From: Candidatus Latescibacterota bacterium
GTDB lineage: Bacteria > Latescibacterota > UBA2968 > UBA8231
NCBI GenBank assembly: GCA_963422735.1
Contig: OY730476.1
Span: 4,416,001 to 4,480,000, forward strand
Direction: 5' to 3'
Length of the DNA stretch: 64,000 bases
Both the position numbers and the translations under genes were made by a program. Numbering within the stretch: position 1 is the stretch's first letter; each line of letters opens with the position of its first letter. This document shows positions 21,415-32,453 of the stretch, piece by piece. The notes beneath the pieces were generated by a model. That model searched no databases and was not told where the DNA came from. It saw only the letters and a list, made by a program, of their open reading frames with translations.

Positions 21415-22326
21415 CTACGCGCCCAAGATCCCGAGGTGCTGCAACTCCTTTTTGATGGCCTCGCGCCCTGCTGGTGGTACGTTGATGCGGGGTGGACGCA
21501 CCGCACCACCGGCTAGCCCCATCAGCTCCATCGTCGCCTTGAGCATTCCGGCATCGTCAAAGCGCGAGCGCAACCGCTCCAAGGGGGCCAGCCGCTCCTG
21601 CAACTCGATCATCTGTGGCCAATCCTGCCGTTGCGCGGCGGCGAAAAGCGCCAGCTCTAGCTGCGGAGCGAAGTTGACAAAACCAGCGGTAAAGCCCTCG
21701 ATCCCGGCTTGGAAGCGGAAATGCAACACGCCCGGGTCGTAGCGCTTGTTGCCGATCCAGACGAAGCGGTCGCCGAGCCGCTTGATGGCGCGGAAGAGGT
21801 GGTGCGGCTCAACGCAGGGGTCCTTGATCGCGGCGATCTGCGGCACTGCGGCCAGCCGCTCGAAAAGTTCGGCCGACCAGCCCTGCGTATTGTAGGGCAT
21901 CAGCACCAACCCCGACCGCGTCCCCAGCACTTCGTAGTATTGATACACGCCTTCGGGATCTTCGGGCACCTGATGGCGCGTGTAGGGTGCCATAGCCAGT
22001 GCCACGCGCAACCCCAACGCCTCGTAACGCGGTGCCAAGTCCGCGGCCTCGCCCAAGTTGCCGGGCAAGGTCGGCACCACCAGCGCCCGCTCCCCCACCG
22101 TCGCTAGGGCGCACTCGGACAACACCACGCGCTCGGTCGGGGCCAACGCGTCGTTTTCGCCCGTCCCGCCAGCCACCACAAAAACCCGTACCCCCCTGTC
22201 GGCGGCCCACGCTATATTGCGTGCAAACCCGTCCAAGTCGAGTGCGCAGAGATCATCGCGCTGATAAATGGTCAGGGTGTATGCGTGGACATCTTTTAGC
22301 TGGTCGCGCAAAGCATGGTCGATCAT
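21415..22326 (-). CDS. Dihydrodipicolinate synthase/N-acetylneuraminate lyase family protein
   Basis: AGGTGE, MPYN, AIKD, VRPP. Confidence 0.9.
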   Translation of the reverse strand: MIDHALRDQLKDVHAYTLTIYQRDDLCALDLDGFARNIAWAADRGVRVFVVAGGTGENDALAPTERVVLSECALATVGERALVVPTLPGNLGEAADLAPRYEALGLRVALAMAPYTRHQVPEDPEGVYQYYEVLGTRSGLVLMPYNTQGWSAELFERLAAVPQIAAIKDPCVEPHHLFRAIKRLGDRFVWIGNKRYDPGVLHFRFQAGIEGFTAGFVNFAPQLELALFAAAQRQDWPQMIELQERLAPLERLRSRFDDAGMLKATMELMGLAGGAVRPPRINVPPAGREAIKKELQHLGILGA

Positions 22327-22339
22327 CGCTTTCTCCTAC

Positions 22340-24034
22340 CTAAGTGTATTCAGATATTTTCCACACCGCGGTTGCCTGCTTCGCCAACCATCTTTGATGC
22401 TCCTCTAAGCAGTTCATGTTCCATTCCGAGTACTCAGAGATGTGATGATTAATGCGATACTCGCTGGCCTGTAGCTTCTCTCTTTTTTGCTCAAAAACTT
22501 CCTGCCCCATATTTTGATGCGAAGGCAGCAAGGCCATGTTACCCAAACGATCAATCGCATTTTCATAGGTTTCGCGGCCAAAATAAGCCTGCCAATCGTC
22601 TCCTGGATTGTACGGCAACACATGTTCGATCGTCAGATTTTGGGGGGCTTGGCCGCCTAAATGCGTTTCAATTGCTCGCAACAGAAACATAATTTTTTTG
22701 CTACTGCGGCGACTTGGCATACTCTTGGCACCAAAGTGCTGGCGCACCTCTGCATCGTGCGGATAGATTGGCTTTAGCCTATCCATTACCTCTTGCAACG
22801 ATAAGCCTTCCTTCATTAACTGGTTGGCGGTACTGTTGTAAATCCGCTCTTGGTCATTGGTTGCTAGATTGCAAATAACATTGTAGCGCAGCGTCAATAC
22901 TTCAATATAGTTTAGCAGCTTGATGAACTCTTGCGGCGAAAATTTTTCATATCCTGCCATGAGCAGACTGAGAGGTGTTTTAATGCCAAATAGCTTAAGG
23001 GCTTCTAAATGGGGCTTTGCTTGTGTATATCGGCCCTCTCGTTCTTTCTAAAAATCGTCGTGGGGTTCTTGCAGGGCGGCATAGACTGGAGCCCGATCTT
23101 CGAGTTTTCCAAGATAGGGAATGACCTTTTCAGCTACATCGATTTCTCGCCTGAGCAACTTGTAAAGTTCTCTCTTGTGTGGAAGAGGGTCGGTCATTCC
23201 CCTATGGCTGCGGAGAAAATTGGCAAACTCAGTCTCGCCTAGTTGTTCAATGATAATCTGCCAGCGTCCGGCAAAGTCATCGAGGTTTTCCTCAGTGGAA
23301 AAAGCCGGATGACTTGCAAACGTTGAGAGGAGATAGTTTTTTAACAAATCTGGAGTTGCCAAATGTACACCACGTGCGTTGAGGGTCTCAAAAACAGTAT
23401 AGGCATTCAAATCATCTTTAACGGTAATCGCCGTAAAGAGAAGGCCATCTGCTATATCTCCCACTAGGGTCGCCAGCTTTCTCCCATCTTTTCCCATCTG
23501 AGAAAGTTTATTTGTAAAGAACTCAAACGTCCTATTTAATGCCCGGTTTGTCTTTGTAAGCCTGCGCCTAGTGGGTACCTCCAACCTTTCCGCCATAGCC
23601 CGAAAGTGCTGATTGTTGTGTCAATTGAGTACCAGCTTTGGCGATGTCGTTAGCGCAATGGAGTCAAAAACTCCAACATAGGTCCTTTTGTATTCCTCTA
23701 TCCTTTGCCGATTGGCCTCTTTATCGATCTGGCCATCGGCCAATGATTGTAATGTTTTCAATACTGCTAATACAACAATAGAAACAGTCGTTATCCGTTG
23801 CTGGCCGTCGATGATTTGAAAGCTCTTTCCATCCTCGGTCTGCAAAACCAGATAGCCCATAAAATGCTGAGTCTGGCTTTGCTGCATCTGCTCAATATCC
23901 TCCCACAGCTCCTCCCATTGTTCGTATTCCCAAGAATAGTCTCGCTGAAATGGGGGTACGATGTACCTCCTGTTACTGGACATGATCTCGGCAAAACACC
24001 TGTTTTCTGGATCGAGATAGATTTTCTCAAACAT
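22340..24034 (-). pseudogene. Second DUF262-DUF1524 (GmrSD-like) gene with two in-frame stops
   Basis: Three ORF pieces in one frame; TGA 23621-23623, TAG 23048-23050; DGQQR, FETLNARG, IEHVLP...LGNMALL. Confidence 0.9.
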
Positions 24035-24043
24035 GAGAGCCTC

Positions 24044-25159
24044 CTAGTGCGCCACCGAGCCATCGGCGTGGAAATTGCCCTTAATCGCCCAGCGCTCGTA
24101 CGGGTATTTCGCCAGTGCGTCCTCGACTATTTCAACCCCAATCCCCGGCCGATCTGTCAGTATCCGATAGCCGCCTTCTACCCGTAGTTGCTCATCGACG
24201 ATCTCGGCCATCGGCCCGCTGAGGGCGTTGTGCTCGGTGTGCGTGTAGTTGGGAATGGCTGCGGCTAGCTGTGCAAAAGCCGCGTTGTTGATGGGGCTGC
24301 CCATCAGATGGGGAAAAATCCCGACGAAAGCCGCCTCCGCCAGCGCGGCAATTTTCTTCACCTGTGTGAATCCGCCGGCCAAGGATACGTCCGGCCGAAT
24401 CAGGCTGACGATCTGGCGGTCGATCAAATCCTTAAACTGGAAGAGGTTGTAACACCGCTCGCCGGTGGCGATTGGGATGTTGATATGCCGGGCGACGTAC
24501 TCGAGGGCCTCCAAGCTCTGTGGAGGCAGCGGGTCCTCGTAGTACAGTATCTTAAAGGGCGTCAATTCCGTGGCCAGTGCGATCGCCTCTTCCGGCCGCA
24601 AGTTCCGATGGATCTCCAACCCCAAATCCACCCCGTCCCCAATCGCCTCCCGCGCCGCGGCCACCAATTCCACAGCCGTCGAGATATTGGCCGTACTAGT
24701 GCGCTGCTCAAACCCGCTGACAAACGGCCCCATTCGCAGCGACGTAAAGCCCTGCTCCACCCGCGCTTGTGCGCTCTCCCGTACTTCCGCGGGCGTCTGC
24801 CCGCCTACGTTCTCGTACACCTGTACCTTGTCGCGGCACTTGCCGCCCAACAATTGGTACACGGGCAAACCTACCGACTTGCCGAATATATCCCACAGCG
24901 CGATGTCTATCGCGCTCATCGCCGCGCTCATCGCCGAGCCCATGAAGTGCGCCGACCGCGACACCACCTGATAGTGGTGCTCGATGCGGAGCGGGTCTTT
25001 GCCCACGTAGTAATCACTCAACTCCCCAAGTGCCTCTTTCACCACCCCGTGATGCGCCCACAGCCCAGCCTCCCCGTTGCCGACGATCCCCTCATCCGCA
25101 TAGACCCGCACCAACAAAAACCTTCCCACTAAAAATGTCCGAATCTCTGTGATTTTCAT
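24044..25159 (-). CDS. Enolase-superfamily dehydratase (galactonate dehydratase-like)
   Basis: DIALWDI, YYEDP, IATGER, IRPD, DGSVAH. Confidence 0.9.
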   Translation of the reverse strand: MKITEIRTFLVGRFLLVRVYADEGIVGNGEAGLWAHHGVVKEALGELSDYYVGKDPLRIEHHYQVVSRSAHFMGSAMSAAMSAIDIALWDIFGKSVGLPVYQLLGGKCRDKVQVYENVGGQTPAEVRESAQARVEQGFTSLRMGPFVSGFEQRTSTANISTAVELVAAAREAIGDGVDLGLEIHRNLRPEEAIALATELTPFKILYYEDPLPPQSLEALEYVARHINIPIATGERCYNLFQFKDLIDRQIVSLIRPDVSLAGGFTQVKKIAALAEAAFVGIFPHLMGSPINNAAFAQLAAAIPNYTHTEHNALSGPMAEIVDEQLRVEGGYRILTDRPGIGVEIVEDALAKYPYERWAIKGNFHADGSVAH

Positions 25160-25236
25160 CTTCTTTTCCGTTTATGCAAATGTGCAACAGTGAAGCGCAA
25201 CCATGAGATCAAGGGCAGCCACAAGGGTTGCCCCTA

Positions 25237-25986
25237 CTAGTACAAATTCATCAATCCTTCCGCGCCTTTGATTTGCTTCTTCGCAAAGCTCGGGCTAAGC
25301 CACCGCGCTCGCGATTCCCGCCCCGGATTGCGATACGCATACACCACGCACCACCGCGTGTCGCTGTCTTCCTTGCGCGGGCTGACTCCATGCGCCGCAT
25401 GCGTCCACATCAACACTACACTCCCCTGCGGCACGGAAAGCTCCTCGATTGCGAGCGGTTGGCCGCTAAACGCATGTACCTTCCCTGCCATCCACCCCTG
25501 TGCCAACTCGGCATCCGACTCCGCGCTAATGCTCGGATCGCGATACAAATGGCTCCCCGGCACCACCTTCAATCCGCCGTCGTCTGCCGCAAAGCCATTG
25601 ACGTAAAAAAACACCCGCACAAAACCTAGCACCGGATCGTCGTCGGCGTACTCGTGGCTGTGCCACTTGCTCCCCTGATTGCCCCCTGCGCGATTCAACG
25701 CCACACAGTGGTCGTAGCGGATCTCTGGCCCTAACACTCGGCGCACCAAGTATAGTAGCTGCGGATGCCCGATCAGGCTTTCCAAATAGGCGTCGAATTC
25801 AGCGGCATATCGCGGGGGGCGATATGCTTCGTCGCCGTGCGGCAGCGACTCGATGCGTACCAGTGCTGCGGTCAACCGAGTGCAAGCCGCATCGGTCAGG
25901 ATGCCCGGCAGTGCAAAATGCCCGTCGCGGTCGAGTACGGCCCGTTCGGCGGCACCAAAGGTAAAGGGACGAAACAGCGCTTCCAT
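25237..25986 (-). CDS. PhyH family Fe(II)/2OG oxygenase (WHSH motif)
   Basis: DGHFALPGIL, GGLKVVPGSH, GSVVL..HAAHG. Confidence 0.85.
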   Translation of the reverse strand: MEALFRPFTFGAAERAVLDRDGHFALPGILTDAACTRLTAALVRIESLPHGDEAYRPPRYAAEFDAYLESLIGHPQLLYLVRRVLGPEIRYDHCVALNRAGGNQGSKWHSHEYADDDPVLGFVRVFFYVNGFAADDGGLKVVPGSHLYRDPSISAESDAELAQGWMAGKVHAFSGQPLAIEELSVPQGSVVLMWTHAAHGVSPRKEDSDTRWCVVYAYRNPGRESRARWLSPSFAKKQIKGAEGLMNLY

Positions 25987-26037
25987 ACCTCAAATCTCCA
26001 GTCGAGTTGCATTCCCAAGACGAGCGCGTGTTCCAGG

Positions 26038-26793
26038 TTATGATCGCACCTCTTCAAAAAGCGAGGCCCGTGCGTGGAAATACGGTGGTTCAAAAAGCAG
26101 TGCCTGCCGCTCGGTTAAGGAGACGCTGCCCGGCGGCTCAATGTGGTTTTTGGACCACGACTGCTGCCCGGGGCTGTACTTGAACAGCAGCGAGCGCCGC
26201 TGGTGCGCGGCCCGCCACGGTGCGGTGCCGTGCGTGAGTGCCTCGGTAAAAATCACCACCGACCCGGCTTTCGCCTCCGGCACCACCACGCACCCGGCCT
26301 CGACATGGGCCTCGCGGATTTCCTGCGGACAGGGGTAATTGACTTTGTGGCTGCCCGGAATGCAGCAGAAACCGCCCTGCGCCGGTCCGGTGTCGGCCAA
26401 ATTCCAAGCGACGACCGTCAGCCCATTGTACATCTGTCCATTGCGGAAGTGGTAGTACTCCGGCGGGTCGTAGGGCGTGTTGCCCCCGTGCAACCCGAGC
26501 CGCTCGGCCCCGGCATCCAGATAGATCGCATAGTAGTGGTCGAGCCGGAAGCCATCGCCGAGGATCACTTTGAGCAGCGGCATAATGCGCTCGTGGTCGA
26601 GCAAATCGACAAAGGGCTGGCCCCACGTCAAAAACCCGCCGCTGTGTAGCCGCCCCTGAGCCTGCTCGACATCCGCGCCTATCTCTCGGGCGTCAATCAG
26701 CCGATTCAACTCGGCAACAGCTTCCGCATCCAACGCGTCCTCGACAATCAGATAGCCCTGTAGGTCAAACAGATATTGCTCCACTTCGGTCAT
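26038..26793 (-). CDS. PhyH family Fe(II)/2OG oxygenase (HxG variant)
   Basis: FDLQGYL, LHGG, CIPGSHK, FTEALTHG. Confidence 0.9.
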   Translation of the reverse strand: MTEVEQYLFDLQGYLIVEDALDAEAVAELNRLIDAREIGADVEQAQGRLHSGGFLTWGQPFVDLLDHERIMPLLKVILGDGFRLDHYYAIYLDAGAERLGLHGGNTPYDPPEYYHFRNGQMYNGLTVVAWNLADTGPAQGGFCCIPGSHKVNYPCPQEIREAHVEAGCVVVPEAKAGSVVIFTEALTHGTAPWRAAHQRRSLLFKYSPGQQSWSKNHIEPPGSVSLTERQALLFEPPYFHARASLFEEVRS

Positions 26794-26976
26794 ATGTAAT
26801 GGCTCCTATTGGGGTGGTCGTTAAGCGGGGCGCATCCGTGCGACTATAGCAATCCCTGAATGACTTGAACGATTCGAGATTCGGATCATCTTGTGAATAC
26901 TATTCTGTGCTCATCTGCGTCCATCCGCGGATTATCTTATGAATGATGAAGAATTTATTAGGGGGCAGGTGTCCTT

Positions 26977-27527
26977 CTACAAGTTCTGCTTCAGAAAACT
27001 TTTCAGCGGTTCCAGTGCGGTATTTTCAAAGTCCCAGTAACGAGGATCAAAAGGATCTTCAAGAATGCCGAGCACTTGCTTATAAGCATATATCTTTGCT
27101 TTTATACCGGGCGGCTCATATTCGCTCATGCACTTGCTTACGCACTGTCTGTATTCCTCAAAGCACTCAAAAATTCTTTCGTGTTCCGACCTTACTATTC
27201 TTTACTAGCAAATTTTCCACGGCTCCATTACTACTGTCGTCAGGAAAAAGAAATATCTTAAATCCTTCTAATCGTTCGAGAGTATGCTCAATATCGGTTT
27301 TGGTGCTTTCACAATCCAAGTCGGCGTCAAAGATAATTAGAACCTTTGACGCCTACATCCAAGGCATTTTCAATTTCGTTTTTAACACTGTCTTCTTTCA
27401 GATTATTCTTTCCTTTTGTTTGCTAGACGTTAAAAATTTCATCGGAATAGCCCAAATTTTTAATATAAGACTTTAGAAAATTCTCGTCCTCTTCGCCTTC
27501 GATAACAATCAAGGTTTTATCAGTCAT
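26977..27527 (-). pseudogene. DUF3226-like TOPRIM protein, several disruptions
   Basis: Manual translation: MTDKTLIVIEGEEDENFL...IIFDAD...FLFPD...KAKIYAY...WDF; low GC. Confidence 0.7.
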
Positions 27528-27529
27528 GG

Positions 27530-28146
27530 CTAACGGCGAATATCTATACCCACATCTAAGGCATTTTTTAGCCCATCGGGCGAATATCTGTAGGCTTTGA
27601 TCCTGTCGTCATCGAGCTTGCCCAGCCAGAAGCAGGCGACAGAATCCGATTTGTCCTTCAAGGCCAGACTCAAACCCTTTATAACGTCACTGCTGTGAGT
27701 TGTCATGAATATCTGCGTGTGGTTTTGCTTGGAAGACTTCAGCACCATATCCCACATATATTTTATAGAAGAAACATGGAGTCCGTTTTCAATCTCGTCG
27801 ATAACTAAAATCTCATTCCTAGCCCAATAAATATTGGAGAGTATATTCAGAATACGTAATATCCCATCTCCAAGATGGTTAATCGGCAAAAAGCTATCCA
27901 CTCCAATATCGACCCTATCCTTATATCTCGCACTTTTGGCTCTATGGACTGAAGACTACTCACTAGCACGGCCTTGCGCTTTTCATTAAGCATCCTGCCA
28001 ACCATATTCGGACCGTATGACAGACCTAAAAACCAAATATGTGTAGTTTCCTTGTAATCTTCGTCGTAATCGTCCGCTTCCGCGCCGCTCAGATATGATT
28101 TGTACTCGTTCAGGCTATTGCCGAAGTCCATAAGACGCGCCTCCAT
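27530..28146 (-). pseudogene. AAA_21/ABC-type ATPase C-terminal remnant
   Basis: LGDG, LVIDEIENGLH, FMTTHS; no Walker A; frameshifted. Confidence 0.8.
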
Positions 28147-28343
28147 ACTACTTTTTCGCCTGACACCTGTCAAGCACGTCTCATCTCAGCACACCGCTAC
28201 CGCAAATGCCGACTAGCCTGATTGCACCCTACCTGATTTCCGCTTTCTCGACTCCAAATAAATAGTAAATTACAGTAGCATCGCGGCTTTCCAAGCGCAC
28301 GCCCTTTGCATATCCTTCCCAAGCAATTCTAACAGGTGAAAAC

Positions 28344-29132
28344 ATGCTAACAACCGACGAGATGCACTTCTTCAAACGCAACGGCTACCTCATCAAGCGG
28401 GGTGTACTCGACCCCGCGCTCATGGAGTGCGCCCGCGCCCGGCTGTGGGACGGCGCACCTCCGAGCCGCCGCCGCGACGACCCCGCCACTTGGGTTGGCC
28501 CGTTCCGCAAAGACGAAGAAAACCTCGACGGTGCCAACCACCGCCGCGGCTTTCGCTGGAACTTCCGCGCACCGGGCGGCGAGGAGTGGATGGTGCGCCT
28601 GCTGGCCACCGACCCCAAGGTGTGGGCCATGGCCGAACAAATGCTCGGCAAAGGCCAGCTCGTCCAGCCCGAGCGCATCCGCGGCATCTATTGCACCCTG
28701 CCCTACGGTGATCACCCACCCCAAACCCTAGGCTGCCACACCGACGGCCATCCCTTCCACCTCGGCGTGGTTGGGTACATTGACGACGTGCCGCCCAACG
28801 GCGGCAGCTTCACAGTCTGGCCTGAAAGCCATCGCGCCTTTTACCCGACCTTTACTTCGCAGTACCTGCGCGACCAAGACGAAGCCGCCTACGAAGAAGT
28901 GCGCGCCGAATTCAACCAGCGTACGCCCGTTGATACCCACGGCCGGGCCGGCGACATCGTCTTCTGGCACCACCGCCTCGGCCACATGGCTAGCCCGAAC
29001 ACCTCGCGCCAATTGCGCCAAGCCGTGCTCTACGATTTTCTCAAGCAGGATATCGAGCAAACCCAACAGGAGCCACCGCAAAAGGACATGTGGCGCGACT
29101 GGTCGGACGAGATGCGCGCCATCACCCTATGA
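28344..29132 (+). CDS. PhyH family dioxygenase (canonical HxD)
   Basis: FKRNGYL, HTD, WPESH, AGDIVFWH..LGH. Confidence 0.9.
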   Translation: MLTTDEMHFFKRNGYLIKRGVLDPALMECARARLWDGAPPSRRRDDPATWVGPFRKDEENLDGANHRRGFRWNFRAPGGEEWMVRLLATDPKVWAMAEQMLGKGQLVQPERIRGIYCTLPYGDHPPQTLGCHTDGHPFHLGVVGYIDDVPPNGGSFTVWPESHRAFYPTFTSQYLRDQDEAAYEEVRAEFNQRTPVDTHGRAGDIVFWHHRLGHMASPNTSRQLRQAVLYDFLKQDIEQTQQEPPQKDMWRDWSDEMRAITL

Positions 29133-29205
29133 GAAATTCCAAGTGCGCCCCTCCCTGCTCTGCGCTCATCTGCGAATACATGGCCACCGGCGGTTTTCAG
29201 ACAAA

Positions 29206-30093
29206 TCACCCGGCAAAAGCATCCGAGGGCACGCCGCGCGCCCCAGGATCGAGCCGCACTAGCGAGCCAGCCAAAGGCTGAGCCTGCCGCGCCTCGGCAT
29301 CCAAGCCCTGGCAAGCCGAGGTGATGTAGAGCTGGTCCAAGCCCGCGCCGCCAAAGGCGCAGGACGTCACATTGGACATAGGTAGCTCCAAGTGGCGCAG
29401 CAAGTCTCCAGAGCGGGGATCGTAGCATACGACGCACCAGCCTCCGTACACGGCGATCCACAAGGCGTCCGCCTCGTCGATGGCCATGCCGTCGAACACC
29501 CCCGGGCCCCCGTATTCCACCACCACGCGCTCGTTGCTGATGGCTCCGCTGTCGCGGCAGTAGTCGTACGCGCGCACGTTGTTCAAGCCGGAGTCAATAA
29601 AGTACATGGTCTGCTGGTCGGTGCTCCAGACGATGCCGTTGGACACGCTGACCGGTGCGACCTTCTGGCTCACCAAGTGATCTACGTCGAGGCAGTAGAG
29701 TGCGCCGCGATCGGTCGTGCCCCCAAACTCCATCGTCCCCGCCCACAACCGCCCGGCCGGGTCGCACTTGCCGTCGTTGAAGCGGTTGGCAGGAATCGCA
29801 CGCTCGGGGTCTTCGCCGAGAGGCTCCATGCGCTCCGTCTCCAAGTCGATGTGGGCAAAGCCATTGTGCAAGGCCACGACGAGGCCGCCGCTGTGCCGCT
29901 TGACCACCGTACCCACAGCTTGGCACGTAGGGATGGTGCGGTTGACTCCGCTCGCCGGATCGTACACATACACCTCGTGGCCGAGGATATCGACCCAGTA
30001 CAACAACTGATCGTCCGCATCCCAAACGGCCCCCTCGCCGATGAGCGCGTCCTTTTTCACGACTAGTTCAGGAGCTATCTTTTTACTGTTCAT
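29206..30093 (-). CDS. SMP-30/gluconolactonase/LRE family protein
   Basis: GEGAVW, RFNDGKCD, SNGIVWS, DGMAID. Confidence 0.95.
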   Translation of the reverse strand: MNSKKIAPELVVKKDALIGEGAVWDADDQLLYWVDILGHEVYVYDPASGVNRTIPTCQAVGTVVKRHSGGLVVALHNGFAHIDLETERMEPLGEDPERAIPANRFNDGKCDPAGRLWAGTMEFGGTTDRGALYCLDVDHLVSQKVAPVSVSNGIVWSTDQQTMYFIDSGLNNVRAYDYCRDSGAISNERVVVEYGGPGVFDGMAIDEADALWIAVYGGWCVVCYDPRSGDLLRHLELPMSNVTSCAFGGAGLDQLYITSACQGLDAEARQAQPLAGSLVRLDPGARGVPSDAFAG

Positions 30094-30170
30094 CTTGGAT
30101 TTCCTCCTTTTGGGCAACACTAGGTTGCCTGCCGTTCTCTGTCAAACGCGCCGCTCAGGAGCACAACCCC

Positions 30171-31166
30171 ATGACCGCTTTCACTTATCAAGACTTCGAC
30201 CGCCAGCTCTGGAATCAGGAACTCGAAGACTTCGTCCCCGCCACGGTTTACGACATGCATACGCACCTGTGGTCTGAAGACCACAGAGGCTTGTTGACGG
30301 GCGAGCCTACCGGCCTGCGCGAGGAAATCGACTATCGCGATCACCTCTGCTGGGCGGCTAAACTCTACCCAGGCCGCGCCTTCCACATGCTGGCCTTGGG
30401 CACCCCGATGCCGGGCATGGATGCCGCCGGGCACAACGCCTGGATGGCGGCCCAGCTTGCCGCCGACCCCGAATCCGCAGTCAACATGATGGTCACTCCG
30501 GACATGACGCCCGAATACGTGGCGGCCCAAGTTGATGAGTACGGCTTCCTCGGCCTCAAACCCTACCGCACCTTTGCCCCAGACCCGGTCGGTGCCCGCA
30601 TCTGCGACTTCCTCCCGGAATCCCTCATTGAACTCGCTCACCACAAGAGGCTGGCCATCACCATGCATCTGGCCAAACCCACCGGCCCAGCCGACCCGGA
30701 CAACCAACGCGACTTAGCGCGCTACACCCGCGAATACCCCAACGCGCAGTGGATTTTGGCCCACTGCGCCCGTTCGTTCAATTCCTTTATGGTGGAAGAG
30801 GCCGTCCACTTCCTGTGCGATCTGCCCAATATATGGTACGACACCTCGGCAGTGAACGACCTGTATGCTCACTATCTGCTGATGAAACACGAAGATCGCA
30901 AGAGGGTGATGTTCGGGTCGGACAACATCGTCGCCGGCTGTGCGCGCGGTAAGTACATCACCTATGGCCGCGCCTGGCTGTTTTATCCTGGGGACGAGGC
31001 CGGTACGCCGCACTGCGACTCGCGGGCCACGCTCGTCATCTACGAGCAACTGCGCCAAGAGCGGCAAGTAGCCGAGATGCTGCAACTAACGCCCGCGGAA
31101 ATCGAAGATCACTTTGCCGGGAATGCCCAGCGGTTTCTGGCGATGATGCGCAGACAGGGTGCGTAG
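30171..31166 (+). CDS. Amidohydrolase family protein
   Basis: DMHTH, ILAH, YDTS, MFGSD. Confidence 0.85.
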   Translation: MTAFTYQDFDRQLWNQELEDFVPATVYDMHTHLWSEDHRGLLTGEPTGLREEIDYRDHLCWAAKLYPGRAFHMLALGTPMPGMDAAGHNAWMAAQLAADPESAVNMMVTPDMTPEYVAAQVDEYGFLGLKPYRTFAPDPVGARICDFLPESLIELAHHKRLAITMHLAKPTGPADPDNQRDLARYTREYPNAQWILAHCARSFNSFMVEEAVHFLCDLPNIWYDTSAVNDLYAHYLLMKHEDRKRVMFGSDNIVAGCARGKYITYGRAWLFYPGDEAGTPHCDSRATLVIYEQLRQERQVAEMLQLTPAEIEDHFAGNAQRFLAMMRRQGA

Positions 31167-31212
31167 CGTTCGTCACCGCCTCGGCATCGTTAGTTCCACC
31201 TTCGCAGCGCGG

Positions 31213-31614
31213 CTACCATGATTTCCAGCCCGTGCCGGCCGCGCGGCCGGCGACGAACTGAGCGCGTCGATGATGCGGTCGGCGTCCTCTACGGTGGTCG
31301 GCCAGTGGCTTCTCGCGGAAAATGCCGCGCACACCCGCGGCCACCGCATCGCAGACCGGGCCGACGTGGAGGTAATCCGGGGTGGCCAGGCTCACCATGT
31401 CGAGGCGTTCCCGCTTCAACATCACGCGGTAATCCGCGCATTCGGCGATTTGCCCCAGCTCGATTTCGTCCCGCTGGTAAAAGCGCGTGAATACCTCCGG
31501 GTTTATGTCGCAGACCGCCGCGAACTCGTATTCCGGAGCGCGGGCGTATGCGTATCCATGATCCCAACCCACGCCCGTGCCAATAACGGCCGCACGCAAC
31601 TTGCCTTCAGACAT
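31213..31614 (-). pseudogene. Truncated Gfo/Idh/MocA oxidoreductase
   Basis: AAVIGTG, ATPDYLH, EKPLA, then frame lost. Confidence 0.75.
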
Positions 31615-31628
31615 CTCTCGTTCCTTTC

Positions 31629-32453
31629 TCAAGTTTTCATGCGCCCGCGCACAAAAGCCGACGACGACGCCACCTGCTCTTCTTCTAGGCTGTGCAATAT
31701 CAACGACCCGTCAAAGCCGATCTGCCGCAAGAGCGCCAAGTAGTGATCGTAGTCGAGCAAACCCGTGCCCGCGGCTTGGTGCCCGGCGTCGCCGTCCCGC
31801 TCCAAGTCCTTGGCGTGAGCCAGCCGAATCGAATTCCCGAGCAAGTCGAATGCCTCGTCTAAGACCTCGCGCATGCTCGGTAGCTGGCCAGCGTGGAATA
31901 GGTTGGCTCCGTCGATAACCACCTGCAAGTGCTTGGACCGCACCTCGTCGAGCAAGCGCCTCGCCTTCTGCGCCGAATCCACCACATTGTTGACCTCCGG
32001 CTCGAACGCGAGTGTCGCGCCCTGCGCTTCGGCGATCGCGACGGCTTCCTCCACAGCCGCGACCATCTCGGCCCATGCGGCCGGCGTGTTGTTGTCGGGA
32101 TGGCCGCCCCACAGCGAGTCGGGATTGCGCGTACCCGTGCAGGAAGTGATCAGTTCGGTTCCCAACTTGCCACTCGCAGCGGCTAGCGCGGCGAGCCAGC
32201 ACATCCCAGCGCGGCGCTTTTCCAAGTCGGGGTCGATAATATTGAAGGTCCCCGACAGCGCGGCGATCTCAATACCCCGCGTTGCGTGTGCAGCACGAAT
32301 GCGCTCGCAATCGACATCCGTCAGGGCCGCCGGATCGATGCCCGCGGCCGTCAAATCGAGTTGCACGGCCTCCAAGCCGGCGGCCTGCACCCCGTCGAGG
32401 CTCTCCTCCAGCGTCGGCCGCGCAAAGACCTTGTGGAAAATCCCTAGCTTCAT
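31629..32453 (-). CDS. Sugar-phosphate isomerase/epimerase (TIM barrel)
   Basis: Start MKLGIF; LAFEPE, DGAN, HAKD, GTGLLDY. Confidence 0.85.
   Translation of the reverse strand: MKLGIFHKVFARPTLEESLDGVQAAGLEAVQLDLTAAGIDPAALTDVDCERIRAAHATRGIEIAALSGTFNIIDPDLEKRRAGMCWLAALAAASGKLGTELITSCTGTRNPDSLWGGHPDNNTPAAWAEMVAAVEEAVAIAEAQGATLAFEPEVNNVVDSAQKARRLLDEVRSKHLQVVIDGANLFHAGQLPSMREVLDEAFDLLGNSIRLAHAKDLERDGDAGHQAAGTGLLDYDHYLALLRQIGFDGSLILHSLEEEQVASSSAFVRGRMKT

Noticed and set aside
22340-24034. Stop-codon recoding in the GmrSD-like gene
   Set aside because: Two different stops, each one transition from a sense codon; TGA and TAG end normal genes throughout the window
26900-26932. CTCATCTGCG-type short repeats (also ~29158-29177)
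   Set aside because: Only two to three degenerate units; too weak to call
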